A stretch of 64,000 nt of DNA from the NCBI RefSeq assembly GCF_006345805.1, contig NC_043016.1, forward strand, positions 8,494,001-8,558,000, given 5' to 3'. Under the pieces are notes generated by a model. It saw nothing but the letters and a program-made list of their open reading frames with translations. It was not told where the DNA came from and did not search any database. Shown piece after piece: positions 24,366 through 37,747 of this stretch (position 1 is the first letter of the stretch; the number at the start of each line of letters is the position of its first letter). The stretch is from Octopus sinensis. Lineage: Eukaryota. The translations under genes were made by a program, and so were the position numbers.

Positions 24366-27300
24366 CATTTACTTGTTCTGACCCATTTGAAGTAAGACAT
24401 TATTATTGTTCACTGATATTTTTTCCTATTATGTCTGTAATGGATTTGTGACTATTCGGTGGTACAGAAGTATTTTTTTGACTTCTATTTTTATCGATAT
24501 AGGTACTCATGTAGTACCCTTGTGTATATACGTACATATCTAATATTGTATGTATATATTTTATTAATTTGCCTGTACGTCTGATAATTCACTTACCACT
24601 TGTGATAGTATTTTAATAATACCATCCCTATATTTTTATATATATATATACATACACACACTCACACACACATTTAAATACATATAGAGATATAGAGCTA
24701 CAAGCACATGCATGCAAAAATGCGTAAATGAAATTGAAATGTAAACCAAAAATTTTTGTTAATATCCAAATTCTGATGTAGCTTTTAATTATTGTTGTTT
24801 ACTATAAATAATTTTGTAATAACATACTATAAAATAAAATAAAAAGAAGAGAAAATCAAATTGAATTTAATAACAGAAAAATAAAAGAAATATGGAAAAA
24901 AAACCATGTCAAGTTTGAAAGAAAATGTATTTATGGTAAGAAAAAAAAAAGAAAAAATTCTTTCAGCATTCATTGATATAAAGAGCATGGAAAATATACT
25001 TTCATAGTTCAGAGTTTGAAACAAAAAAAAAAAAAACATTAGTATTATTAATATCTATTATTATTAGTTGAAAATTAAAATTTTTTAAAAATCATTATCA
25101 TTAAAAAATGTTTTTAAATAAACAAATATCATCAGCTGATAATGAAATTATGAAAGGTAAACATGGCTGATATTAGATAAACCAGGGATTCCCAGTCTGG
25201 GGATGTGAAAAGCTGTTATGGGGTCGCAACAAAGAGGGCAAAGTATATGCTACATTAAAATTGCTTTCCTGGGTAAACATTATTAATGAACTCTTAAATT
25301 GAACTTTGATCTATATACCAATCCAAAGACTTGATGCTGGCATGAACTGGACATTTTGTTGAGAGCTGGCAAGCCAGAGGACTGTGCCATACTCCAAAGT
25401 CTGTTTTGGCATTGGTTTCAATAGCTGGATGTCCTTTCTAATGCTGACCATTTTGTACAGGGTACTTTTTAAAGTAGAAACAGCAATAGACAGGTCATGA
25501 AGTAACTCACAAAACCAGAACCTTCAACTATGAGGAGAGTGTTGTTCAACATTAAAAAATATATTAGTTACTGGAAAATTGAAAATTGACATTTTCATTA
25601 TCAAATGTGATATTACTTTTGTAAAAAAAAATTAACTAAATATTTATTAGATGATGTATACAAAGTAGGTAACCAGATAGACAAAAAAATATAAACACAC
25701 ACACATACACATTTTTGTTTTGCTTTCTGTTTTTTTTTTTCATTTGGGTGTTTATTCAATTCTTTTTTGTCACAGCACTGTGGTTTCTTGCCAGCTTGTT
25801 TTCTTTTCAAACTTCCTTTACAAACCTTTCTCATAATTTTACAAACATTTCTCATAATTTTTGTCTGATGAGTATTTAGTTATTCTTCCATTGTGGGAAA
25901 ATTATATTTATACAAAATACAAGCTGTTATGAGCTAAATTTAAAATAGTGTGTACATACACATGCACACACACACACACACACACACAGTTACATGATTT
26001 AATTTTCTGGAAAAGCCAAGCCATTGTGAGTTATAAAAAAAAAAGGTAAGTCAATGATTTGTTTTTTTTTTAACTTGTATTTTGATATTAGGGGACTAAG
26101 ACCCTTTATTCAGGAAATCTTTGGACATTTGGATTACAAGCTAGATTTTCTGTTCTGGGGTATATATATGGAGGGTTGCTTTGCATGTATATGGAGGGTT
26201 GCTTTGCCTGTATATGGGGGGTTGCTTTGCATGTACATGGGGGGGGGGGTTGCTTTTCATGCACAGGACAGCTTTGCTTTAATAGCCATTCAGCTGCATG
26301 TAGCTTAGTTCTGTTGTTAATATGCACTTTGGTATTGCTAATGATGATGGCATCTTTTATTCTGAGATTCCCAACGTTTCATTCTGTGACATCGATTGAA
26401 ACCTAAATGTTTTGGGCTTGTTATTTCTGTACATGTTTATTGATAGAAGAAGCAGTAGTACAGAAGTGTCTTTTAACCCATACGTGCACTTTTTTGATGT
26501 AAGACTAATTGTATTTTATACACCATGTAAGATCATAGACATATATTTTCATCTTTGAATCAGGTAGTTGGGCAATATGCACATGGCAATGTTTATGTAG
26601 GTCTGTTTCTATTTAGGAGCCTCCCAAAGAAGAGTCCAGGGTGCGCTGATCATGTATTCAATTCCATCCTATGGATTGCCTGCTAGATTGTAGTAGTAGT
26701 TGTCTTCTAATTGAAATGTGACAATTTCAAAAAGCACACAGTACTCCTCATACATATTGACAAATAGATTTTTAGCTTTCTACCACAAACATAATCATAT
26801 CTTAACTTAGTTGTATCTGCATGCAATAATAAATGTTTGGGTATTATATTTGATAGAAGCTACACTTCAGAAGCTGGTAGAAATTAAACAAAAATGAACA
26901 AACATGAATCGCATTCAGTATAGTCTAGATTTGAGAAACTGGGGGTAACTAATGTTGTTAATATCAAACAACTTGATTATTTCAACTGACACCAATATTT
27001 TTACACTGTATGGAATGGTTTTTGTAAATGCTACAAAGGCTCATAGAACGAGTTCTTCCTGACACTGACATCAAAGACAAGAAAATTATAAACAAGGATT
27101 TCAGTAAACCATAATACATTTTGTTACTTTGAAATCAGGTTTCATGATATGAAGAGTTAATTGGAAAGAAGGAGGTAAAGAGGGAAGTTTGAGAGAAAAA
27201 AAAGCACAAAACATATGTAAGAATTTAGTAAGTTATTCAAAGCTGAAGCATTGGATGTGTATGGAGTAAATACAAATGCAAAATCCAAGTACCTTTGGTT

Positions 27301-27474
27301 CTGATGAAGCAAAATTCAGTTGTGTATATATATACATCATCATCATCGTTTAACATCCGCTTTCCATGCTAGCATTGGATTGGACGATTTGGCTGAGGTC
27401 TGGAGAACCAGATGGCTGCACCAGACTCCAAACTGATCTGGCAGAGTTTCTAAAGCTGGATGTATATATATATA

Positions 27475-27523
27475 CAAAACTGTCTGATGAACGGGAACGT
27501 GAAACTCCAAGTAACAGGTTTTG
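27475..27523 (+). ncRNA. Minimal type I hammerhead ribozyme with intact core, predicted cleavage after A27513
   Basis: CAAAACTGT-CTGATGA-ACG GGAA CGT-GAAA-CT CCA AG-TA-ACAG G TTTTG. All three stems pair, the core is canonical, and the site is GUA. Confidence 0.85.
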
Positions 27524-27619
27524 TTGAACTTCTGCTGCTTTTAAATAAAGCATATTACTCTACCTCTGGTATTTGAGTACTCTTTTTTCCACATTGTTTC
27601 ACATTTATGTGTTTACTTC

Positions 27620-27676
<57 letters not shown>

Positions 27677-28144
27677 TCTTTTAATCTTTTATTATTTCAC
27701 TCATTTGACTGCAACCACACTGGAGTACCAAATCAACTCCTGGACATATTCTTTGTAAGCCTAGTACTTATTCTATTGGTCTCTTTTGACGACTGCTAAA
27801 TTATAGAGATGTAAATACACCAACATCAGTTGTCAAGCAATGGTAGGGGGACAAACACAAACATATATGACACGCTTCTTTCAGTTTCCATCTACCAAAT
27901 CCACTCACAAGGCTTCAGCTTTGAATAGTAGAAGACACTTGCCCAAGGTGCCACACAGTAGGACCAGACCTGGAAATGTGGTTGGGAAACAAACTTTTTA
28001 CCACACAGCTGCACCAATACGCATATATATATATACTGATAAAAGTTTTGCTTATTTATATATACATGTATATATATACTCTGTTTTCTCTTAATCTATA
28101 TTGTTACTTTGCCTTCTATCCCTACTAATTTAAAAACAAAACAC

Positions 28145-28190
<46 letters not shown>

Positions 28191-28479
28191 ACATATATGT
28201 ATGTATGTATATAGATTAGTTCAAATATGATGGGAATATATTTGATTAGTAAAAAAAAGGTATATTCATTATTCACTGCTTGCCATTGAAAAGAGAATCC
28301 TCCCATTAGACAACAGGTGTTAAAAACACCAACAGATATTTCATGGTTACCATCAGGCAAGATGTTGAATGCATTTCTAGCTTCTTGACTACCATCAGCA
28401 AAGGACACAACCCTAAAATGACTTTGAAAATTTTCACATCCATTCAGGCAATCAGTAACTAACAACACTATTTACTCAT

Positions 28480-28775
28480 GTTCATTCTCGAACCATACCT
28501 GGCTCATTAGGGCCGGTTTCCCGGTTTCTTGGCGTATAGGTTCCCCACCTGGACGGGACACCGGTCCAACGCAGGTGAGCTGCAAGATGCAGGGGGAAAG
28601 AATGAGAAAAAGTTGTGGCGAAAGAGTCAGCAGAAGTTTTGCCACTACCTTCTGCCGGAGCCACGTGGAGCTTAGGTGTTTCGCTCGTAAACACACACAT
28701 CTTCCGGTCTGAGATTCGAACCCGCAATCCCTCAACCGTGAGTCCGCTGCTCTAACCACTAGGCCATGTGCCTCC
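28480..28775 (-). mobile_element. tRNA-derived SINE with V-domain-like core and 13-bp TSD (related heads at 37993-38300 and 39510-39890, + strand)
   Basis: A-box TGGCCTAGTGG, B-box GGTTCGAATC, core GGACCGGTGTCCCGTCCAGG; ACTATTTACTCAT at 28467-28479 and 28776-28788. Confidence 0.85.
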
Positions 28776-29575
28776 ACTATTTACTCATAACAATGTTTAA
28801 AGTTTAAAAAAAAAGATAAAATGCAAGTGAAAAGGAACTGATATTTGAAGAACAAAATGGAAAACAGGATGTAAGATTAACAATAATGAATTAGGCAAAT
28901 TTCAATTTCTTCATCAGTATAACTCAAAGCCAAAACAACAAGAATTTGGAGGATAGTACAAGTACACAAATTTAGTAATTGCGCAACAAAAACAGTTACA
29001 ATGAGCTTATTATTAAATTTATTCAAGTAAACCTCACTAAAAAGAGAAATGTGTTATTTTTACTGACATATAAACACACCTCCACACTTTGCATGTATGT
29101 GTGTGCGTGTGTATGTACATATGTTTGTGTGTGATTGTGCTCGCATTTGTGTTTATGTGTGTGTGTGTGTGATTGTATGAGTGTGTAATTGCGTGTATGT
29201 GTTTGTATCCGTGTATAATGTAAAAACAAATTTGATCAGGTTACCATATTTCAGTTGAAATACACTAATTTGATTTCAATCAATTTTTAAAATAACGGAG
29301 AATACAATGAAATAGTTTTGTCATTATTAAGCGGGTGTTTGAAGCATGAAATTTTGATGGGAAGTTTTAATTCAGACCACTTTAAAAAAGATGTAGTTTA
29401 TATCACAGAACCAAGGGCAGTCCGAGGCAGGCTGGTATCAAAAAGGTTATAAATTTAAAAGTTTACATTTTTTTATCATGTGAAGAAAAATCAATGAAGA
29501 TAGTTCAATGATTGCCCTGCTGAACAGAAAGAAATGATACAGAATAGTTTGAAAAGGGAATAAAGAAAAATATTC

Positions 29576-29980
29576 GGATCTTTTCGGTTTGAACGGCAGT
29601 TTTTTCTAGCGGTGTCATATGAAATTGTCACCCATAATTATGACCCTAGTATCGATCTATTGCATTTCAATCTATTTTAGGGTTAGGGTTAGAGTGTCTT
29701 TTTTTCTTCACAAATGTAAATAAACCCAATCTGTTTCTTAAACAAGGGACATATTCATACGGCACAGAATGTTTTCACCTCAATAGACAGTCATTGATTG
29801 GTTGAAATTGCAGAAACTGAAGAAAAAAACCCAACAAATATGTTACAAACTATAGAATTTTCTCAATAAAGCCAAGAGAAAAAGATGTTTTATAAATACA
29901 TTCTACCAGTATACGAAGTTGAAAATTTTTTAGTTACCTAGAAATTATGTTAAAAACTGTAGTTCAAACCGAAAAGATCC
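29576..29980. mobile_element. MITE with about 28-bp TIRs, 8-bp target-site duplication and internal TTAGGG repeats
   Basis: GGATCTTTTCGGTTTGAAC... / ...GTTCAAACCGAAAAGATCC, flanked on both sides by AAATATTC. Confidence 0.9.
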
Positions 29981-30158
29981 AAATATTCTTTATGGAAGAA
30001 ATAAATGGATATTTTAATAAGGCAAATAAGAAAAAGAAAATAAGAATCATCCATATGATTTAAATGCATTAGAATCAATTTTTGCAAATAAAATTTCACA
30101 TAAAAATTTCAAATATAAATGATCAGTTGCAGAAATTACAGACAAATTAAATATTTAC

Positions 30159-30304
30159 CTGGAGTTAGTTTGTCTTGATGCATTGTTTGCATCAGGGAAG
30201 CCAATCCTGAATTTTTGGTCACAGAAAATGCACAGAGGCGTTCAATAGCTCTCCATCGACCAAGGCGCTCTTGCAAATCTTGGTGAACCACTTCTAATGA
30301 AGCT
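30159..30304 (-). CDS. STIM: STIM exon: SOAR/CAD CC3 (ASLEVVHQDLQERLGRWRAIERLCAFSVTKNSGLASLMQTMHQDKLTPG)
   Basis: Matches STIM1 [33 protein letters not shown]. Acceptor tttttaag|A, donor CCAG|gtaaat; 146 nt, phase 2/1. Confidence 0.95.
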
Positions 30305-30593
30305 CTTAAAAATAGTAAGAAGAAAAAAAATATAATGTGATTGATTATTAATTCTATCAGAGAAATATCAAGAAAAAAAAAACACTGTTCATTCATCAAC
30401 AACACTTTGAAGTGGTATGAATAGAGATAACACAAAGTTTGAGAGTACTGTTCAGTTGTGCCGAAGGCAAGATGACCTCTACAGTGCTGGTGCCAGGATA
30501 AGTTTAAAGTACAAGAAAGCAGGAACTATGAATATAAACTGATCCAGTCCAGTTAAGCACATCCAACTCTTGCCGTCATGGCAAGCAAATGTA

Positions 30594-30856
30594 TGGTGAT
30601 GGTGGTGATGGTGATGATGATGATGATGATGATGATATGGTGACTACGACGATGATGGAGATGATGATGATGGGGATGATGATGATGATGATGACGATGA
30701 TGGGGATGATGGTGATTGTAGGAATGATGATCGTGATCATGATGGTGGTGATGATGATGATGATGGTACTGATGAAATTGTCAGTCATGATGGTACTGAT
30801 CATGATGGTGATGATGGTCATGATAATGATAATGATCATAATAAGCATGATGATGA
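30594..30856. repeat. Imperfect (GAT/GGT)n microsatellite (similar tracts at 50225-50362 and 56430-56555)
   Basis: Directly visible. Confidence 0.95.
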
Positions 30857-31122
30857 AATAAAAGAGAAAGAACGATATCTCATATCTGTGAACAGCTCAG
30901 CTCTATATATTAACGTCAAAATCAGAAGACATAACATGGTTCTACAATCTCAAATCTCCAGTGAATCTATGGCACCAATGTTATTCCTCTTCTGATAGAT
31001 TTGATTTTCAAATTAGATTTAAAAAAGAAAAAAAAACCCAACAAAAATGAACTATTATTTGTAATTAATAAGTATCTCTTTGAAATGAAGCAAGCAAGGA
31101 AAAGTGGACTTCAAATAATGTA

Positions 31123-31164
<42 letters not shown>

Positions 31165-31242
31165 ATGATGATGATTATGATGATGAACTCAATGATTACT
31201 TAACACTCTGTCTAATTAGGAAAGGATGTAAAATGGCATTAC

Positions 31243-31343
31243 CTTGCATTGAGGATTCGTTTGTCAACTTCATCAATAGAATTTCCGTGAGCAATTCTAA
31301 GAGGCCCCATAAAAGCATTCCTTTTCTTCTTTAATTTTTCACA
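31243..31343 (-). CDS. STIM: STIM exon: SOAR/CAD apex (CEKLKKKRNAFMGPLRIAHGNSIDEVDKRILNAR)
   Basis: Not in the ORF track. Matches STIM1 [34 protein letters not shown]. Acceptor ttcaacag|TGT, donor AG|gtaatg; 101 nt, phase 0/2. Confidence 0.95.
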
Positions 31344-31715
31344 CTGTTGAATAAATAAATGAATTTAAAAAATGTTATTTAAATAATGAAAAAAATTGAA
31401 ATAAGAGAAGAATTTAAATTCCAACAATTCACAGAAAACAACTTTAGGAAAGACTAAGAGATCATAATTAAGAATGTTAACTAAGAATATTTAAGGATAC
31501 TGTGATAGGTATGTATTTTGATGTTACATTTTTGGGCAGCACTTAATTCTACAAGTTGACGCAATCTCTGAGGTATTAAGTTCAGTTCCAGCAAATATCT
31601 GGTAGAACAACAATATACTTGCTAACATTAATCTCATGAAATTTGTATACAGCTCAGCTACGGCAAATATGACACACAAACACACACACACACATACACA
31701 CAAATACACATATGT

Positions 31716-31926
31716 GGGGTGCTGAAAAGTTCCTGGTTTTAAGGGTGTTGTGAAAGACCTCTTTGGAGGCCCAACCTTCCGAGTTCTTTTACAGGGCTTA
31801 GAAGAACTGAAGGACCACTGCAAAAAGTGTGTGAATCTGAAAGAGGGGAATGTGTTGAATAAAATCATAATTAACTGATTCTCCTGTATTTTCGTTTATC
31901 CAAAGCCAAGAACCTTTCAGCACTCC
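31716..31926 (+). mobile_element. Mariner-derived MITE
   Basis: TIRs ggggtgctgaaaagttcctgg / ccaagaacctttcagcactcc; retains a transposase C-terminal remnant (GLEELKDHCKKCVNL). Confidence 0.7.
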
Positions 31927-31944
31927 TTTGTGTGAGTGTGGGTA

Positions 31945-32190
31945 TAAGAGATATCAGATGTAGGGTGTAAAAGAGAAGACATCACTGATATGGTTATGTG
32001 TCACTGATTAAAGAATTACCATCATTAGACGTGGATGGAACCAGAGAGAGAGAGAGAGACTCAGAAAGATGTGGGATGAAGTAGTGAAGACCAACTTCAA
32101 GATAATGAACCTCACAGAATAGATGACAAAGAATAGAGATGGACGACAATATGCTATGCTTGTAAAGACACGTCCAACTCAACAAAGACG
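31945..32190 (+). mobile_element. Decayed RTE-type LINE 3' fragment
   Basis: Translation ..RKMWDEVVKTNFKIMNLTE*MTKNRDGRQYAM.. resembles the RTE ORF2 C-terminal RGRP.KTW..V..D motif. Confidence 0.55.
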
Positions 32191-34759
32191 AAATTCACTC
32201 AAGCCTTCCCTAACAACTCATTTTCTTACACTTGTCCCTCCATCAATCTTCTAACTGCGGTACCACTCACTCAAGGGCTATAAGTGATACCATTTAAGAG
32301 CTTACATTTCACACTATATCCTCATTACTGTCCCTTATCACTTTCTCCTCTTCCATGACCCACTCCTATTTCCTTCATCCAACCCTCCACATACACAATA
32401 TTCACTGCTTCCACCTCAGTCCCCATCTCTAATTCTTTGCCACCCAATCTGTCTGTTCCTCTATCCCTGTTCTCTCTTATGTTCGCCTTATACCCCGCTG
32501 AGGGTACCACGCACTATCTCTCATTCTCTCCCTTTCCATCTGGAAGAGCCATGTATTCTCCTCTTCAACAAGACACCTATTCCTGTCACTTGAAAATACT
32601 TTCACCTTCCTCGACTCAGTTGAGGTGTCTTGTCAAGCAAATACCTGGTAGCCTCACTACTGCCACTACGATAAAAAAAAAAAGAAGCACCCAGTACACT
32701 CTGTGAGGTATTTGGCATTAGGAAAGGGATGCAGCAGGGAAAACCTTACTAAAGCAGACTTTTGGAGCTTAGGGTAGTCCTCTGGCTCATCACTCCCTAT
32801 CAAACTGTCCAACCCATGCCAGCATTGAAGAACAAATGTTATATGATGATAATGATGATGTATATGTGCGTATATACACTGCACAATATACACATGTATA
32901 ATTCACTGTATTATATATACATATGTATGGTCATTGCCAGTGTCGCCTGACTGGCTCCCTTGCCGGTGGCATATAAAAAGCACCGTTCAAGCATGGCCGA
33001 TGCCAGTATTGCCTGACTGGCCCTTGTGCTGGTGGCACATAAAAAGCACCCACTACGCTCTTGGAGTGGTTGGCATTAGGAAGGGCATCCAGCTGTAGAA
33101 AGATTGCCAGATCAGATTGGAGCCTAGTGCAGCCTTCTGGCTCGCCAGCCCTCAGTCAAACCATCCAACTGATGCCAGCATGGAAAGCGGATGTTAATCA
33201 ACAATGATGATGATGATAATGACATGTGTATATATATATATATATATACACACACACATGCACATATATATAGGTCAGAAGTCTAATTCATACATGTCAT
33301 GACTAATAACAGGTGAATCAGCATTGTAACAGCAGCAGTAGCAGCAAACAAAATTTTTCTGTTCGCAGTCTATAGATGACCTTTACCAAACATTAGCAGT
33401 ATACATGAGTGTATGTAAATGTATAGCAACATCAGTAACTGTGTATGTATGTACGTATGTTATGGCAATGTCTGTGACTAACAAATATTAAATATAGCTG
33501 CTGTACAATCATTGATTCACTAACAAGGAAACATTCTCAAAATTATTCCAAAATTATTGCTTCTCAGTAACTTTTTCTTTCTTGTTTTTTTTTTTTGTTC
33601 TTTGTTTTTTGTTTTTTTTCTAATCTCTTCAGAATTCATCTTCTGGATTATTCCCATTATTCACAATTAAATTTCCATCATAGAATTAAATATCAACAGA
33701 AATAGATTACTGGAACTCCAAAAATTTGACATCACAGTCATTTGTTCCACATTTGTTTCCTCGGCCGACTTGTAATGGTCAGCACTACAGTAATCCCGAC
33801 ATCAACATGTTCTTAATTCTTCGATTAATCTTTCTCTGCAAAAGCTAGCCTCTTTTCTTTCATTCTCTTTCTCTCTCTCTCTGTCTTTGTCTGTTTCTCT
33901 TTTCTTTTCCTATTTCTTTGCTTTGCTTTGCTTCTTTTTTTTTTCTTTAGTTAGCTGCAAGTTCTACATCTTCTCTTAGTCTCCTCAAAAGACAATTAAG
34001 GTTTATGGATGATGGTATTTGCAGACAGATGCCATCAACCATATCCCTTAATTCTCTCTGATAAATTTATTCATTACACTTCACATCTTAGTTGACCAAT
34101 ACATCCAGCATCTCTCCCCTCACCCTCACCCCCATACACACATGCACCACAAACAGCCATCCACTTTTCTCCCAACTCTCGAAAAACACATTTTTCTTGA
34201 ATGAAATTTCTAAATATCATCTCTTGGTTCCAATTTAAGATATCTTAAGAATCCTTACTTATGCAACTGATAAAATTCATGTTGACTCAGACAACATACA
34301 CACCTACACATACACATACACATACACACACCTGCAGGTACAGACTTAGATTAATAAAAGAACACAAAAACTCATAGGCATCCACAGAAATAAATTAAAA
34401 TATATACATGAAAAACAAAAACAGAAAAAGCATCTGCAGTATATACATTCTTATTAAAATTTCTTAATAAATAGGAATATGGAAATTGCTACTGAAACAT
34501 AAAATAGTTGTATAAAATAAATTTTCATGAATGCAAGTTCTTATTAAATATACATTATAAATAGCAATCTCTGGTGTATATATATATAATGTATATGTAT
34601 GTATGAATATATATATATGAATCCACAATAGAAGTTCTTATTAAATGTATCTTCTTCACCCAGCTTGTCAAAAAAGAATTTCTCACAAGCCAATGAAGGG
34701 AGCCCTTAGGTAATTGCTCAATCTGCTGGAAAGAACAACTAAGTTTCCATCAAATTACA

Positions 34760-36900
34760 CCACACACAACGTACATTACATGTCACAACATATAATACAT
34801 GCAATGTACAATGTATAAGACATGATGTACGTTACACATCACACACAACATACAAGAGACAATGCCACATACAGCATACATATATGCAGACACCATACAT
34901 CATATATTACACACTAAATGCAGCATACTTTACAAGCCTTACATAACAGACTTCTCATGCCTTCTACAGTTTATATTACATATCAGACGCAATGCACATA
35001 TTAGGCCACACATCATATACAATATACATTCCACACTATACATCACATAACATACACTACACACGACATAAATTACACATCACACACACATGCACAACAT
35101 ATAATACATTGCACACACACACAACATACATTACATACAACAGACATTACACATCATACACAACTTACATTACACAACATGTACATGTATTGCACAGTAC
35201 ACAAAACATACATTACACACAGCACACAACATACATTACACAATACATCATACATTACCAAGTATGTGTAACATACATTACACACTGCACATAATATACA
35301 TTACACAATACATCATACATTACCCAGTAGGTGCAACATACATTACACACAGCAGACAACATACATTATACAATACATAATACATTACCCAGTATGTGCA
35401 ACATACATTACACACTGCACATAACATACATTACACACAGCACACAATATACATTACACAATGCATCATACATTACCCAGTATGTGTAACATACATTACA
35501 CATCGCACATAACATACATTACACAACAAATCATACATTACCCAGTATGTGCAACATACATTACACACAGCACACAACATACATTACACAATACATCATA
35601 CATTACCAGTATGTGCAACATACATTACACACTGCGCACAACATACATTACACACAGCACACAATACACATTACACAATGTATCATACATTACCCAGTAT
35701 GTGCAACATACATTACACATAGCACACAACATACATTACACAATACATCATACATTACCCAGTATGTGCAACATACATTACACACAGCACACAACATACA
35801 TTACACAATACATCATACATTACCCAGTATGTGCAACATACATTACACACTGCGCACAACATACATTACACACAGCACACAATACACAATGTATCATACA
35901 TTACCCAGTATGTGCAACATACATTACACATAGCACACAACATATATTACACAATACATCATACATTACCCAGTATGTGCAGTATACATTACACACTGCA
36001 CACAACATACATTACCCAGTATGTGCAACATACATTACACACAGCACACAACATACATTACACAATACATCATACATTACCCAGTATGTGCAACATACAT
36101 TACACACAGCACACAACATACATTACACAATACATCATACATTACCCAGTATGTGCAACATACATTACATACAGCACACAACATACATTACACAATACAT
36201 CATACATTACCCAGTATGTGCAACATACATTACACACTGCACACAACATACATTACACAATACGTCAGACATTACCCAGTATGTGCAACATACATTACAC
36301 ACTGCGCACAACATACATTACTCACAGCACACAATACACATTACACAATGTATCATACATTACCCAGTATGTGCAACATACATTACACATAGCACACAAC
36401 ATACATTACACAATACATCATACATTACCCAGTATGTGCAGTATATATTACACACTGCACACAACATACATTACCCAGTATGTGCAACATACATTACACA
36501 CTGCGCACAACATACATTACACACAGCACACAATACACATTACACAATGTATCATACATTACCCAGTATGTGCAACATACATTACACATAGCACACAACA
36601 TACATTACACAATACATCATACATTACCCAGTATGTGCAGTATACATTACACACTGCACACAACATTCATTACCCAGTATGTGCAACATACATTACACAC
36701 AGCACACAACATACATTACACAATACATCATACATTACCCAGTATGTGCAGTATATATTACACACTGCACACAACATACATTACCCAGTATGTGCAACAT
36801 ACATTACACACTGCACACAACATACATTACCCAGTATGTGCAGCATACATTACACACAGCACACAACATACATTACACAATACATCATACATTACCCACT
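34760..36900. repeat. Modular higher-order satellite (19-23-bp monomers sharing CATACATTAC; common 65-bp unit)
   Basis: Monomers A catacattacccagtatgtgcaa, B catacattacacacagcacacaa, C catacattacacaatacat in variable order. Homogeneous from about 35240, decayed at the left edge. Confidence 0.95.
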
Positions 36901-37015
36901 GTCCATAACATACACAACACATTATGCACCACATACAACATAAATCGCATGACATACACGACACACCATATAAGGAAAATATCACACATTTACGACTACG
37001 TTCATCTCAACTTAC

Positions 37016-37183
37016 ACAATCTCGTGCTTCTCTCAGTTGATTCTCAGCTGCTAGTTTCTTATTATTATGATGTTGTAGTTCTATTTCGTAAGTTAGTTGA
37101 AGCCATTTCTGTAAGTCTGCTGGTGCTGATGACCATTGTCTGCTTTCAAGCTCTTTTTCTGCCTTTCTCAAATTTGCTTTCAC
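37016..37183 (-). CDS. STIM: STIM exon: end of CC1 and SOAR/CAD helix 1 (VKANLRKAEKELESRQWSSAPADLQKWLQLTYEIELQHHNNKKLAAENQLREARDC)
   Basis: Strong match to STIM1 VREALRKAEKELE...LQKWLQLTHEVE. Acceptor ctttcag|GTG, donor TGT|gtaagt; 168 nt, the same length I recall for the vertebrate exon. Confidence 0.97.
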
Positions 37184-37747
37184 CTGAAAGTACAAACAGT
37201 AAACAAGGTAGGGCATTATCCTCTCACAACAAAATTAATCCCCCCCCACACACACAAACACACACGCATAGTTATATAGAGAAAGAGGATTGGTCTCATA
37301 CTCATACAAGCTACAATGGCAATTATTTGAAAGGAGGGGAGCTTAACGTGAGTTGAAAAACTAGAGTGTGATATTGTGTATGCCTGTGTACATGTATGTG
37401 TGTGTGTGTACACATGTCCGAGTATGCATGTGTGAATAGATTTATGTGACTGCATGCACATGTGTGCATATGTCTATAACTATTTGGGTGTAACCCTGCA
37501 TGTGTATGTGTGCATTTACATACAAAGCTACACACATATACACAAAACTATATACACATACACATTCAGGTTGCACACATATAGATATAGGCATGCATGC
37601 ACATAGAGCCACACAAAATCTAACACAGACATACATACATCTCCACAGCCATACGCAAAATCACGCAGTTTTTCAACCAACATTAAGTTCCCCTCCTCTC
37701 AATAATTGACATTGCACCTTTTATAAGTGTCAGACTGATCTGTGTGT

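Noticed and set aside
26161-26240. Three to four copies of a 22-bp repeat (ATATGGAGGGTTGCTTTGCATG)
   Set aside because: Short ordinary minisatellite with no further structure.
28277-28414. Possible STIM cassette exon within ORF 28130-28468
   Set aside because: In the required phase 1 it either hits a stop or leaves via a donor that shifts the frame.
33300-34500. UTR-like unique sequence with a 31-codon frame (MVDGICLQ..ELAAN*) in the SOAR intron
   Set aside because: I found no convincing splice sites, no 24-nt STIM2.1-like microexon and no homology. It cannot be excluded without RNA data.
35461-36943. 370-376-aa His/Thr/Tyr/Ile-rich ORFs
   Set aside because: They are translations of the G-poor strand of the satellite, where stop codons are rare, and all three frames are open.
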